This document shows positions 1-11,470 of a stretch of 64,000 nucleotides of DNA, piece after piece (the first letter of the stretch is position 1; each line of letters starts with the position of its first letter). The notes under the pieces are model-generated. The model saw only the letters and a program-made list of their open reading frames with translations. It was not told where the DNA came from and made no database searches. This DNA is from Octopus vulgaris. Its lineage: Eukaryota. Made by a program: the position numbers and the translations under genes. Location of the stretch: positions 10,044,001 to 10,108,000 of the forward strand of contig OX597835.1 in assembly GCA_951406725.2 (NCBI GenBank), given 5' to 3'.

Positions 1-437
1 GTTTGGAGATTTTGCTTTAGCTAATACCTAAATTCTGCGAGGGTGAAATATCACATTCAGATCTCAAATGAATAATTCAGAAGGATGCAACGAAGCCTAA
101 CATACGCTTAATATGAACGTTTGTTCCAAATAGACAACTCCAGAATTATAAATCAGTCTATTCATGCTGAATGTCGAAAGTATTAACCTACAAAGATGGC
201 GTTGTGTGTTAATATTTCTGCTGTACTCTTGTAGATTCTACATTTGTTATTGTAGGAAACAGTTAAGGAATTGATATCCATGTTTTACTACATCGCTACG
301 AAAACACTCTTGAAAGCTACATTTATTCTGCAGCACTTCAGATTAATTAAATTCAACTCAAAGAAGTGCTACTTTATTTATTTATTCATTACGCTTCTTT
401 ATTGTTATTATTATTATTATTATTATTGTTGTTGTTG

Positions 438-483
<46 letters not shown>

Positions 484-675
484 TCTCAGCCTCATTTAGT
501 ACTGTATTATAAATGTATTACTACAGTAAGGTAACAGACTAACTTGGAATCTCTCAGTTGAATTTAATTAATTTCAAGAGCTGCAGGGTAAATGAAGCGT
601 TTAACTACTCTCTAGAGACTGATGATGATGATAATAATAATAATAATAATAAGAAGAAGAAGAAGAAGAAGAAGA

Positions 676-707
<32 letters not shown>

Positions 708-809
708 AATAATAATAATTATAATAATATTGATAATAATAATAATATATACATATATATACATTCATATATATACATACATATATATGTGTGTAGATAT
801 AGATACAAG

Positions 810-915
<106 letters not shown>

Positions 916-937
916 TATATATATATGTGTATATAAA

Positions 938-1163
938 GGCGGCGAGCTGGCAGACACGTTAACGCGCCGGGCGAAATGCTTAGCGGTATTTCGTCTGTCG
1001 TTACGTTCTGAGTTCAAATTCCGCCGAGGTCGACTTTGCCTTTCATCCTTTCGGGGTCGATTAATTAAGTACCAGTTTCGCACTGGGGTCGATGTAATTG
1101 ACTTAATCCCTTTGTCTGTCCTTGTTTGTCCCCTTTATGTTTAGCCCCTTGTGGTCAGTAAAG

Positions 1164-1168
<5 letters not shown>
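938..1168 (+). mobile_element. SINE family A (tRNA-like head, conserved central domain, tail A1)
   Basis: Head GGCGGCGAGCTGGCAGA, B-box GAGTTCAAATTCC, body GACTTTGCCTTTCATCCTTTCGGGGTCGAT; more than 10 related copies in the window. Confidence 0.9.
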
Positions 1169-1218
<50 letters not shown>

Positions 1219-1220
<2 letters not shown>

Positions 1221-1607
1221 CGCAGGAGTGGCTGTGTGGTAAGTAGCTTACTAACCAACCACATGGTTCCGGGTTCAGTCCCACTGCGTGGCACCTTGGG
1301 CAAGTGTCTTCTGCTTTAGCCCCGGGCCTTGTGAGTGGATTTGGTAGACGGAAACTGAAAGAAGCCTGTCGTATATATATATATATGTGTGTATGTGTGT
1401 TTGTGTGTCTGTGTTTGTCCCTCTAGCATTGCTTGGCAACCGATGCTGGTGTGTTTCGTCCCCGTCACCTAGCGGTTCGTCAAAAGAAACCGATAGAATA
1501 AGTACTGGGCTTACAAAGAATAGGTCCCGGGGTCGATTTGCTCGACTAAAGGCGGTGCTCCAGCATGGCCGCAGTCAAATGACTGAAACAAGTAAAAGAG
1601 TAAAAGT
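1219..1607 (+). mobile_element. SINE family B, full length
   Basis: A-box-like TGGCTGTGTGG, B-box-like GGTTCAGTCCC, CORE-like ACCTTGGGCAAGT, internal (TA)n(TG)n, (GTAAAAGA)n tail; about 10 near-identical copies. Confidence 0.9.
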
Positions 1608-1624
1608 ATATATATATATATATA

Positions 1625-1866
1625 TATAAAATATTATTAGAGACAAAACCACTATTTTGCAAAACAAACAAGGAAAGACTTAATCAATACATAAAATTTT
1701 AATAAATAATTAAAATTTTATGTATTGATTAAGTCTTTCCTTGTTTGTTTTGCAAAATAGTGGTTTTGTCTCTAATAATATTTTATAATATTTTACTATA
1801 AAATTGGATTTAATCCTAAATCTGATTTTTTTCCCTGTAAATTTGGATTTATTCCCTAATATTTAT

Positions 1867-1870
<4 letters not shown>
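1625..1870. mobile_element. (TA)n-embedded foldback element (79-bp perfect inverted arms), same family as 3057-3375
   Basis: 1625-1703 is the reverse complement of 1709-1787 with a 5-nt loop; 1760-1870 is a diverged reverse complement of 3057-3162. Confidence 0.75.
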
Positions 1871-1918
<48 letters not shown>

Positions 1919-1974
1919 GTGGGAGGTGCGTGTGTGTAAATGTGTCTGTATCTGCTTCTGTATGTATTACACAT

Positions 1975-2224
1975 GCGCATAGTTTAGTGGTCAGGGTGTT
2001 ACACCCACGGTCGCAGGATCGTCGTTTCGATTCCCAGAATGGCGATGCATCGTGTTCTTGAGCAAAACACTACGTGACACAAATGTCCCAGTCCACTCGG
2101 CTGTAAATCGGTAATTTGCCCGTGGTGTGTTATCATTCGAAAGCTACAACCATGCAAGAATCGTATTGTGACCAGCAGTTTATAACAGCATCCGATAATC
2201 TAATCGACACAGTGATATGGTGAT
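1975..2224 (+). mobile_element. Diverged SINE, head D + tail Y
   Basis: tRNA-like head (TAGTTTAGTGG...GTTTCGATTCCC) and GTGTTCTTGAGCAAAACAC as at 63469; 3' part resembles 49968-50053. Confidence 0.7.
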
Positions 2225-2247
2225 AACACACACACACATATACATAG

Positions 2248-2294
<47 letters not shown>

Positions 2295-2516
2295 ATCATA
2301 TCAAAGGGAAATGGAAATTAATAGAATTTTTTATTTCCAGTGGCCTAGTGTGTAGAAATTTAGTCCAAAGACTATGTATTAGTCATAAAATGCAGTGTAC
2401 ATTTAAACACATAAGGAATCCACTCACGGGATTCAACACGCTAGAAAGAACAGCTAGGAATCTATAGGTTAGAAAGTAAAGGCACTCGGATATCTGTCAC
2501 TAGAGATCAAAGTATA

Positions 2517-2987
2517 CGGTATTATAGAGACATTACAGCCCATCGTTCCAATCGGTTTCGCACCGGATATTAAGTAACTGGACCACTTTTTCTTACCTGC
2601 CATCTCTGATGTCACAATCATTAGACGCCGCTCTGTGCGAAACCGATGATACAAATATATAGTTTTATTTTAATTATCACTTTTTAGTGTGTCGTTAATT
2701 AATTAATTCCTGCTTGACAAAGCTGTGCAAACACCCGGCAGTTCTCAAAGCGCTATGAACGACGGAGTGAGTGTCTGTAGGTAGTGAAGAGTAACAAGGT
2801 AGAACCACCTGTCTTACAGTCTGATGACGTCATTCATCGTCCAGAGATTGTCTACAAAGTATATGTCGGTATTATAGAGACATTACAGCCCATCGTTCCA
2901 ATCGGTTTCGCACCGGATATTAAGTAACTGGACCACTTTTTCTTACCTGCCATCTCTGATGTCACAATCATTAGACGCCGCTCTGTG
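2517..2987. repeat. 121-bp perfect direct repeat pair (2517-2637 and 2867-2987) in a segment bounded by (TA)n
   Basis: Identical CGGTATTATAGAGAC...CCGCTCTGTG at a 350-bp offset. Confidence 0.9.
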
Positions 2988-2988
2988 G

Positions 2989-3056
<68 letters not shown>

Positions 3057-3060
<4 letters not shown>

Positions 3061-3365
3061 AATATTAGGGAATAACTCCAAACTTACAGGGAAAAATCAG
3101 ATTTAGGATTGAGTCCAATTTTATAGTAAAATATTATATTATATTAAATTAGAGACAAAACCAAGGAAAATATTTAAACCACCTGATGAATGACTGCGAC
3201 TCAAAAATTTGAAGATGTTAGCAGGCATGAAACGATCGTAGAGTGGTATTAATTATATTTTTTTAATAATTTTGTTATATATTTAAATAATATAAATTAA
3301 TCATATGTATTGGCTTAAGTTTTTCATTGTTTGATTTGCCTAATATTGGTTTTGTCTCTAATTTA

Positions 3366-3375
<10 letters not shown>
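3057..3375 (+). mobile_element. Penelope-like/retrozyme-type non-coding remnant with partial inverted ends and a hammerhead
   Basis: Flanked by (TA)n; TATATTAAATTAGAGACAAAACC near 3140-3162 is inverted at about 3348-3370; contains a hammerhead motif. Confidence 0.6.
3178..3247 (+). ncRNA. Type I hammerhead ribozyme motif
   Basis: ACCAC-CTGATGA-stem II ATGACTGC/GCAGGCAT-GAAA-palindromic stem III ACGATCGT-GUA cleavage triplet (after 3240)-GAGTGGT. Confidence 0.75.
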
Positions 3376-3401
<26 letters not shown>

Positions 3402-3700
3402 GGTGGGGTGCCTGTGTGTCTGTGTCTGTGTGTGCATGCACATTTGTGTGTATGTATGTATGTTTTATGTATACATTGTGTGTATCTGTGTGTGCATGTG
3501 TGTGTGCATGTGTGTGTGCGTGTTTGTGTGTACGTATGTATATATATATGTGTGTGCATTTCTTTTACTCGTCTACTTGTTTCAGCAATTTTGCTGTGCG
3601 GCCATACTGGAGCACCGCCTTTGAAAATAAGCACTCGTATATTCGGCACTAGAGTGAGTATATTAATCAGTGTGTGTGTGTGTGAATGTGGACATGTATG

Positions 3701-3853
<153 letters not shown>

Positions 3854-4973
3854 ATATATATATAAATATATATCAGAGGTGACTCAAGTTCATCAGCGCC
3901 ACTCGGGCTCATCACAGATTTTGCATAAAACATGCCTGCTCGAAGAATTTCACGCTTCTCCGCAATATTTCTAGCGTCCAAATTGCTTTTTTTATAAGCA
4001 AACATGCAAAACACAACTGATCTTTACACGCAGAATAACAGCAATCAAATAACGACAGCGGTGTGCACAACAAACAACACCGATCTGACTGTCGTCTGTT
4101 CTCTTGCCGACGACCGCTCAGTTCAAAGTCTCTTAACGACAGCAGAGTGCACAACAAACATCAATGATCTGACTACCACCTGTTGTACTCGAATTGAATT
4201 GAAGAGATGCCAGTTAGTCTTTTACACCTACTAGGCTCGTTCGTATTATTCCCGAGTTGCTGGATAATTTTTCGTTTCTTTAAGAATACTGTAGAACGGA
4301 AACTTTTCATAGATTGGAATTTAAATCCCAATCTCTAGAGAAATTTATTGTTTCAAGAAAAAATTGAATTTGAATTACTTTTAATTTTTACGATTATAGA
4401 TAACAACTCGGGCTGTAAATTCTGAGCCTGGGTCAGGCGCGTGTGAACGATGTCGAGAGAACGGCTGCAATAACCACACCAACAGGAGTAGCAACAACAC
4501 CAACAATAGTAATAGCAAGCACAATAACAACAACAACAACCATAACAGTAAACTTCAAAGTAACAGCAACCACCAGCCATCAAATACCGCCCAAAACCCT
4601 GCCAGCAATGCCCTTCCTTTCAGCAAAGCACAAACAGAGACAGACGTGGGACCATTCCTGGCATTCATCTAAAATGGTAATTGAAAAACACACACACAAA
4701 GGGGGGGGGCATTTACCTTTAATGCCTTTGTTTATCATAGTCCAACATAATTTGTGGATTATCCTGGATTATCCCTAGAGACACAACCCATTAAGGATTT
4801 CCGTTGTTTCTATTTTATTGTTGTTGGTTGTTATTTTATTTTTACGCGATTTACATAAACATTTGTTGCATTGCTATTTATACCCTATTGTTTATAGTTT
4901 CTCTTCAATGCTTTTGTGTGCACGTGACTAATAAAGAAGACCTGTAGATGGATAGTGGCAACCTAACTCCCAT

Positions 4974-5192
4974 ACGAGAGGGTTCTGAAAAGTTCCTGAC
5001 TTTAAGGGTATCGCGAAAGGTCTGGTTAGAGACCCGACCTTCCGAGTTCTTTTACAGAGCTTAGAAAAACGGAAGTACCCATGCAATAAGTGTGTGAATC
5101 TGGGAGGGAGAATATGTTGAATAAAATCATAATTGACTGATCCCCCTGTATTTTCTTTTACCCCAAATCAGGAACTTTTCAGCAAACCCTCG
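4974..5192 (+). mobile_element. Internally deleted mariner element (MITE)
   Basis: TA target duplication; TIRs CGAGAGGGTTCTGAAAAGTTCCTGA / TCAGGAACTTTTCAGCAAACCCTCG; residual C-terminus CNKCVNLGGEYVE* typical of mariner transposases. Confidence 0.85.
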
Positions 5193-5991
5193 TATAGTCA
5201 TAATACGGTTTGAACCCAGTACTAAAAGATAACGAATTTTTTTTTTTAATATAGGACCCTGAAATATAGTGCTCTTTCTTCTTATATCAATGATCTTTCT
5301 TCTGCCTTATATCTATTTGACACTGAATGGTCTGAACCATTTAGAAATGAGTGTAGTTGAAAGTAGTTAGGGTGCAATGTTGCCCGTCTGAGAGAAAATG
5401 TGAACCCTTCGCCTGTATGACATCATGTCGTCCACTTTGTCGGCTGCCAAACAACTAGTAAAAAGAAAAGTAAAACAATCAATAAAATGCACAAACAGAA
5501 ACACATTTTTACAAATTATTTCGAATAATAATTAATGCCTGAATGGAAGATAATTTTCCACTTCTGTTAACAGCGCAAATATTTTAAAACCACTCTTTAA
5601 GTCATTAGCTTTCATTTTGTGGTTAATATCGCTTTATGTATTAATTTGATGGAAACCATATCTTTTTTTATAGCAAATTGTCGATAAGAAATACCAACAA
5701 ATACAATTTAGAAAAAAAAAACAAACAGCCAAGTATGCAAACAAAATAAAACGTGAAAAAAGATTCGTTTATGTTACATCAAGAATATTCTCTTCTCTCA
5801 AGCATTTTACCATTTATTTGGTTCTGTGTCAGTTAATCGTAAAAGAAGGAAAAATTAATATTCGGTGAATTTAGTTTGCATTTTGAGTTCAGAATCCAGA
5901 TTGAATCTAATGTATTTCCTTGCCGTTTTTCAACACTGCTATTCCAATAATAAAGCATGAACGTTCATACACATCTATCATTCTATCGATA

Positions 5992-6123
<132 letters not shown>

Positions 6124-6204
6124 TTTTTTTATCCCCACAAAGAAAAGCTCTACCTTGTAATTTATCTCGTCTGTGCGCAGCCCTGTGTGGCTAATAAAGA
6201 AACA

Positions 6205-6297
<93 letters not shown>

Positions 6298-6342
6298 GTC
6301 TGTCTATCTGTCTGTCTATCTGTCTGTCTATCTATCTGTCTG

Positions 6343-6448
<106 letters not shown>

Positions 6449-6829
6449 CAGACAGACACACAGACAGACAGATAAAGACAGAGAAATTAAAGAACTAAAT
6501 AGGAAAGAGGAATTGTGTTTGTAACTTCATTAGCTTACACTTGTTTCTGCTACAAGATTCAATGCTGTCAGATCCGAGGGCTTATACATCACCTTAGAGT
6601 TTCTAACGCTTTTTCCTAAAGCATCTGTATATTGAGTTCTAACAACAGGTTATTAGTATCACTAAAGTCAAACTAAACTCAACTGCATCACAGTTCGATG
6701 CTATTCATGTTAAAGAATAAGGAACTTGCGTTCGGCCAAAAGTTTGGAGTAATACTTCACATGAATGTAAAATTTCTCTTATTATAACTGAACATGAAAA
6801 AAAAATTGTGTGTGAGTCTGTGTATATGT

Positions 6830-7012
6830 ATAGGGAGAGTTTACGAAAAAAGCGAAAGACGAAGACGGGTGGTGTACAAAACAAACAGATGTATTAGTAT
6901 AACGCTCAGGAATAGAAAAAAGTATTTTACGTTTCGAGCCTAAGCTCTTCTACAGAAAGGTACACAGAAAAAAACAAGGAGAGAAACAAGGAGAGAAAAA
7001 AAATGCGTGTAG
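6830..7012 (-). mobile_element. Penelope-like 3' remnant with variant minimal hammerhead (about 6924-6959)
   Basis: Minus strand CTTT-CTGTAGA-A-GAGC TTAG GCTC-GAAAC-GTA; related copy at 10625-10757; both run into TA-rich repeats. Confidence 0.5.
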
Positions 7013-7647
7013 TGGCTTATATATGTGGTGGCGTATGTATTACAATTAAGTTGAGGCGACAATTATCTTATATCGTGTGATAAGAGCCATCCGTAAACAC
7101 ATTGTTTGTATAACACCAGAAAGAGAGAAAACGATGGGAAGATTCGTGTATAATAGCCATGGAATGGAATGGAATAAAGAAGGTGAGAATCGAGGATTAT
7201 TCAAAAAGTCACAAAATATGACCAATTTAAGTTGGTTTGCGTTAAAAGATGAAAATAAGAAAATGAAATTGAATAATTAAATAAAAATAAAAGAAAAGAA
7301 AAATTAATACTCAAAGTGTGTAAGTAAACCGCTTGCTTGTCAACCATGTGGTCTTGAGTTGAGTGCCACTATGCGGCACTTTTACCAAGTGCAATAGCTG
7401 AAACAAGTAGACGAATGAAAAAATACATACATATGTATATAAATATAATGTGCAATATATACATTTATCGAATCCTGTAATTACTAAATCTATGACATTA
7501 TTTCATGACGAGTATACAGAACATAAAAATAAGTCAGAGCGTATTAGAGGTGAATATATTTATTTCACCAATTGACGTCCGTAGGATGACGGCCGATTCG
7601 CATAATTTTTATTTTAGTAATAATAATTTTTTTTTAGTATATAATAT

Positions 7648-8008
7648 GGAAGCACTCCGTCGGTTACGACGACGAGGGTTCCGGTTGATCCGAATCAACG
7701 GAACAGCCTGCTCGTTAAATTAACGTGTAAGTGGCCGAGCACTCCACAGACACGTGTACCCTTAACGTAGTTCTCGGGGATATTCAGCGTGACACAGAGA
7801 GTGACAAGGCCAGCCCTTTGAAATAGAGGTACAACAGAAACAGGAAGTAAGAGTGAGAGAAAGTTGTGGTGAAAGAGTACAGCAGGGATCACCACCATCC
7901 CCTGCCGGAGCCTTGTGGAGCTTTAGGTGTTTTCGCTTAATAAACACTCACAACGCCCGGTCTGGGAATCGAAACCGCGATCCTACGACCGCGAGTCCAC
8001 TGCCCTAA
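7648..8008 (-). mobile_element. SINE, head C + tail X
   Basis: Head matches 49780 (GGTTTCGATTCCCAGACCGGGC...AAAACACCTAAAGCTCCAC); tail matches 63620-63788 and 59052-59158. Confidence 0.85.
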
Positions 8009-8097
8009 TGCAATGAAGTAATGAAATAGGATAATAAATAAATAAAGGATACGCAATCAAGCTGTATGTTCATACAGTCATTTATCTACATACATAT

Positions 8098-8537
8098 GGC
8101 GGTGAGCTGGCAGAAACGTTAGCACGCCGGGCGAAATGCTTAGCAGTATTTCGTCTGCCTCTACGTTCTGAGTTCAAATTCCGCCAAGGTCCGACTTTGC
8201 CTTTCATCCTTTCGGGGTCGATAAATTAAGTACCAGTTACGCACTGGGGTCGATGTAATCGACTTAATCCGTTTGTCTGTCCTTGTTTGTCCTCTCTGTG
8301 TTTAGCCCCTTGTGGGTAGTAAAGAAATAGGTATTTCGTCTGCCGCTACGTTCTGAGTTCAAATTCCGCCAAGGTCGACTTTGCCTTTCATCCTTTCGGA
8401 GTCGATTAAATAAGTACCAGTTACACACTGGGGTCGATATAATCGACTTAATCCGTTTGTCTGTCCTCGTTTGTCCTCTCTGTGTTTAGCCCCTGGTGGG
8501 TAGTAAAGAAATAGGTATTTCGCCCATCGCTACGTTA
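8098..8537 (+). mobile_element. SINE family A multimer (head + two bodies + start of a third)
   Basis: Unit of about 184 bp repeated, with junction AAAGAAATAG|GTATTTCG near 8330 and 8514. Confidence 0.85.
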
Positions 8538-9110
8538 ATAGCGTTTTTGAAGGTATAGACACAGAGGATAGGGTGATCATTATGGAGGAGTAGGTTCAAT
8601 AATAGGAGAAAAATTGTTAAATATGATAGACGGTAGAATTAAACCTCAACATGTACTGAGAATTTTATAAATAGCAGAATGAATAAAGGTCAGATACATT
8701 ATCGAGATCCCTTGTGAAGGCAAAGTATGGCTAACCAAGGTAAGGATATTTGTGCTCATAAATGTTCAATTTTTAATCGAGAATTTAAGTCTTCAACTGC
8801 GAAATTAGGCGTAGTTTACCATAACGTGTCTATTTAAATTTTAGGCGCTAGCACCACATAATTTTCTACTGCTGCCAATGGGTATATTACAACTGGCAAA
8901 GCCCCAAATGACAGGAATGCGAGTTCAGCATTTTTAGCACTGGTGCTGGGCGATTTGAATCTGCATTAAGTATGATACATAGATGGATATTTTAACCTAA
9001 TATTAATTATCTTGCACATAAGGGGAACACGCAGACACACACACACACACCCAAACATACACGTACACACTCACATATATATTCATAAATGTGTGTATGT
9101 ATGCATTATG

Positions 9111-9144
<34 letters not shown>

Positions 9145-9387
9145 TGTATGTACGTATGTACGTATTCATGTATGTATGTATGTATGTATGTATGTATGCA
9201 TGTATGAATGTAAATATATATATATATTAGCTATTAACGATAGATGCAACCTTTGTAACATCTAACCTAAGGCGCTATTAGCAACATAACAAATTAAATT
9301 TGGATCTTCTAATTATGTATATACATATATATATGTATGCATGTATGTATGCATGTATATATGTATGCATGTATGTATGTATGCATG

Positions 9388-9440
<53 letters not shown>

Positions 9441-9521
9441 GTATATGTGTATATATATATGTATGTATGTATATATATGTGTATATATATGTGTACGTAT
9501 GTATATGTATATATATGTATA

Positions 9522-9559
<38 letters not shown>

Positions 9560-9621
9560 TATATGCATATGTATGCATATAAGTATATGTATAAGTATTT
9601 ATATATATATACCTATATATG

Positions 9622-9666
<45 letters not shown>

Positions 9667-9681
9667 TTATATATATTTGTA

Positions 9682-9750
<69 letters not shown>

Positions 9751-10160
9751 ATATATATATACTAGTTCTTTTATAGAACTATAACATAAACTTAAATGTT
9801 GCATATTCAAATAAAAGCAATAACGCAAAAACTGCAATAACAATTTAAAATTAAGTTTTAAAGATATCCTCAGGATATTATATACGTTTGGCCTTCCATA
9901 TCAACATTTCAAATTAAATTTTCACTTCGCAAGCAAGGTGGATTTTATTGACTAAATTCATTTAAACATTGTTTAGTTTCAAAAACGTTACAATGAATTA
10001 ATATGAATATTGTTTGGTTCTAGGATAATTTATTGCATTTGTATTCGAAAACGATTGAATGATGAAATAATAAATGTGTGAAGAATTAAATTTGTAGCAG
10101 TTGACTGAAAGTCCTTCTCTGTAACATGATAAATGGAAATAGGTACCTAATCATTATGAT

Positions 10161-10195
<35 letters not shown>

Positions 10196-10205
10196 CAATG
10201 CATAT

Positions 10206-10612
10206 CTCTTTTACTCTTTTACTCTTTTACTTGTTTCAGTCATTTGACTGCGGCCATGTTGGAGCACCACCTTTAGTCGAGCAAATCGACCCCGGGACTT
10301 ATTCTTTGTAAGCCCAGTACTTATTCTATCGGTCTCTTTTTGCCGAACCGCTAAGTGACGGGTACGTAAACACACCAGCATCGGTTGTCAAGCAATGCTA
10401 GGGGGACAAACACAGATACACAAACGTATACACACACACATATATATATATATACATATATACGACAGGCTTCTTTCAGTTTCCGTCTACCAAATCCACT
10501 CACAAGGCATTGGTCGGCCCGAGGCTATAGCAGAAGACACTTGCCCAAGATGCCACGCAGTGGGACTGAACCCGGAACCATGTGGTTGGTTAGCAAGCTA
10601 CTTACCACACAC
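10206..10612 (-). mobile_element. SINE family B
   Basis: Reverse complement of the 1219-1607 family. Confidence 0.9.
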
Positions 10613-10624
10613 CCACTCATATTT

Positions 10625-10757
10625 CCATTCTCTCTTCATTTTTTCCCCTCTTAATCCTTTCTGTCGAAGAACATAGGCTCTAAATGTCAAAGCTTTTTCC
10701 ATTCTTCCAAAGCTTTAAACCTGTCTTCGTCATTTATTTTCTGTAAATTTGAACTAT
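10625..10757 (+). mobile_element. Penelope-like 3' remnant with decayed hammerhead (10657-10692)
   Basis: CTTT-CTGTCGA-A-GAACATAGGCTC-TAAAT-GTC-AAAG, colinear with the motif at 6924-6959; followed by TGTCTTCGTC...GTAAA and (TA)n. Confidence 0.45.
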
Positions 10758-10830
10758 ATATATACATAGACATATACATATACATATATATATATATATG
10801 CATATATATATACATATACACATATATATG

Positions 10831-10901
<71 letters not shown>

Positions 10902-10983
10902 GCGCAACCGGTAAAAAGAACTTTCACCTAATGAAATACACTCTCCCTTACGTAAATTATTTTGTCAGCATTTTCTTCATTTC

Positions 10984-11040
<57 letters not shown>

Positions 11041-11329
11041 AATTAATCAAAGGACATACTAAGTATGTCTGCCTGCTGGAAATAACAGGCACAATTCTTA
11101 TTCACATCGCCAAAAATTACACTGAGGATAACTACAGAAATCAACTGAAGCAGATTAGGTTAATAAAATCTCTCAATGTACATTTAGTCATAAGGTCTCA
11201 AGTGGACCGGTTTCTGTACTGGCAAAATAAATTACCTCAACGTCATCAGCACGTGTTGCCATGAAAAGAGACCCAACAACCCGTATTGAAGTCTGAACTG
11301 CAACTGATTCGTTTTGCACCGAAATCAAA

Positions 11330-11470
11330 TTACATTCACCAGTGAGAAATGCCGGAACACCGACAAAAGCATAACAGTCACAATTGAGGCTAATTAACGA
11401 AATTTGGGTAATTTAAGAATTAAGGAAGCTATACTCATACACAGACTAGGGTCCCAAATTAACAACAGGC
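11330..11470 (+). pseudogene. Possible decayed C-terminus of a Penelope-like GIY-YIG endonuclease
   Basis: Translation ...*RNLGNLRIKEAILIHRLGSQINNR resembles the LxIxEAxxIxxxxPxIN motif; in-frame stop upstream. Confidence 0.35.

Noticed and set aside
2821-2860. CTGATGA as a hammerhead core (also CTGANGA at about 11122, 13790, 37577, 60824 and in family E)
   Set aside because: No properly placed stem II, GAAA and stem III.
4234-4428. Weak inverted repeat GGCTC..CCCGAGTTG
   Set aside because: Short patchy match and no clear TSD.
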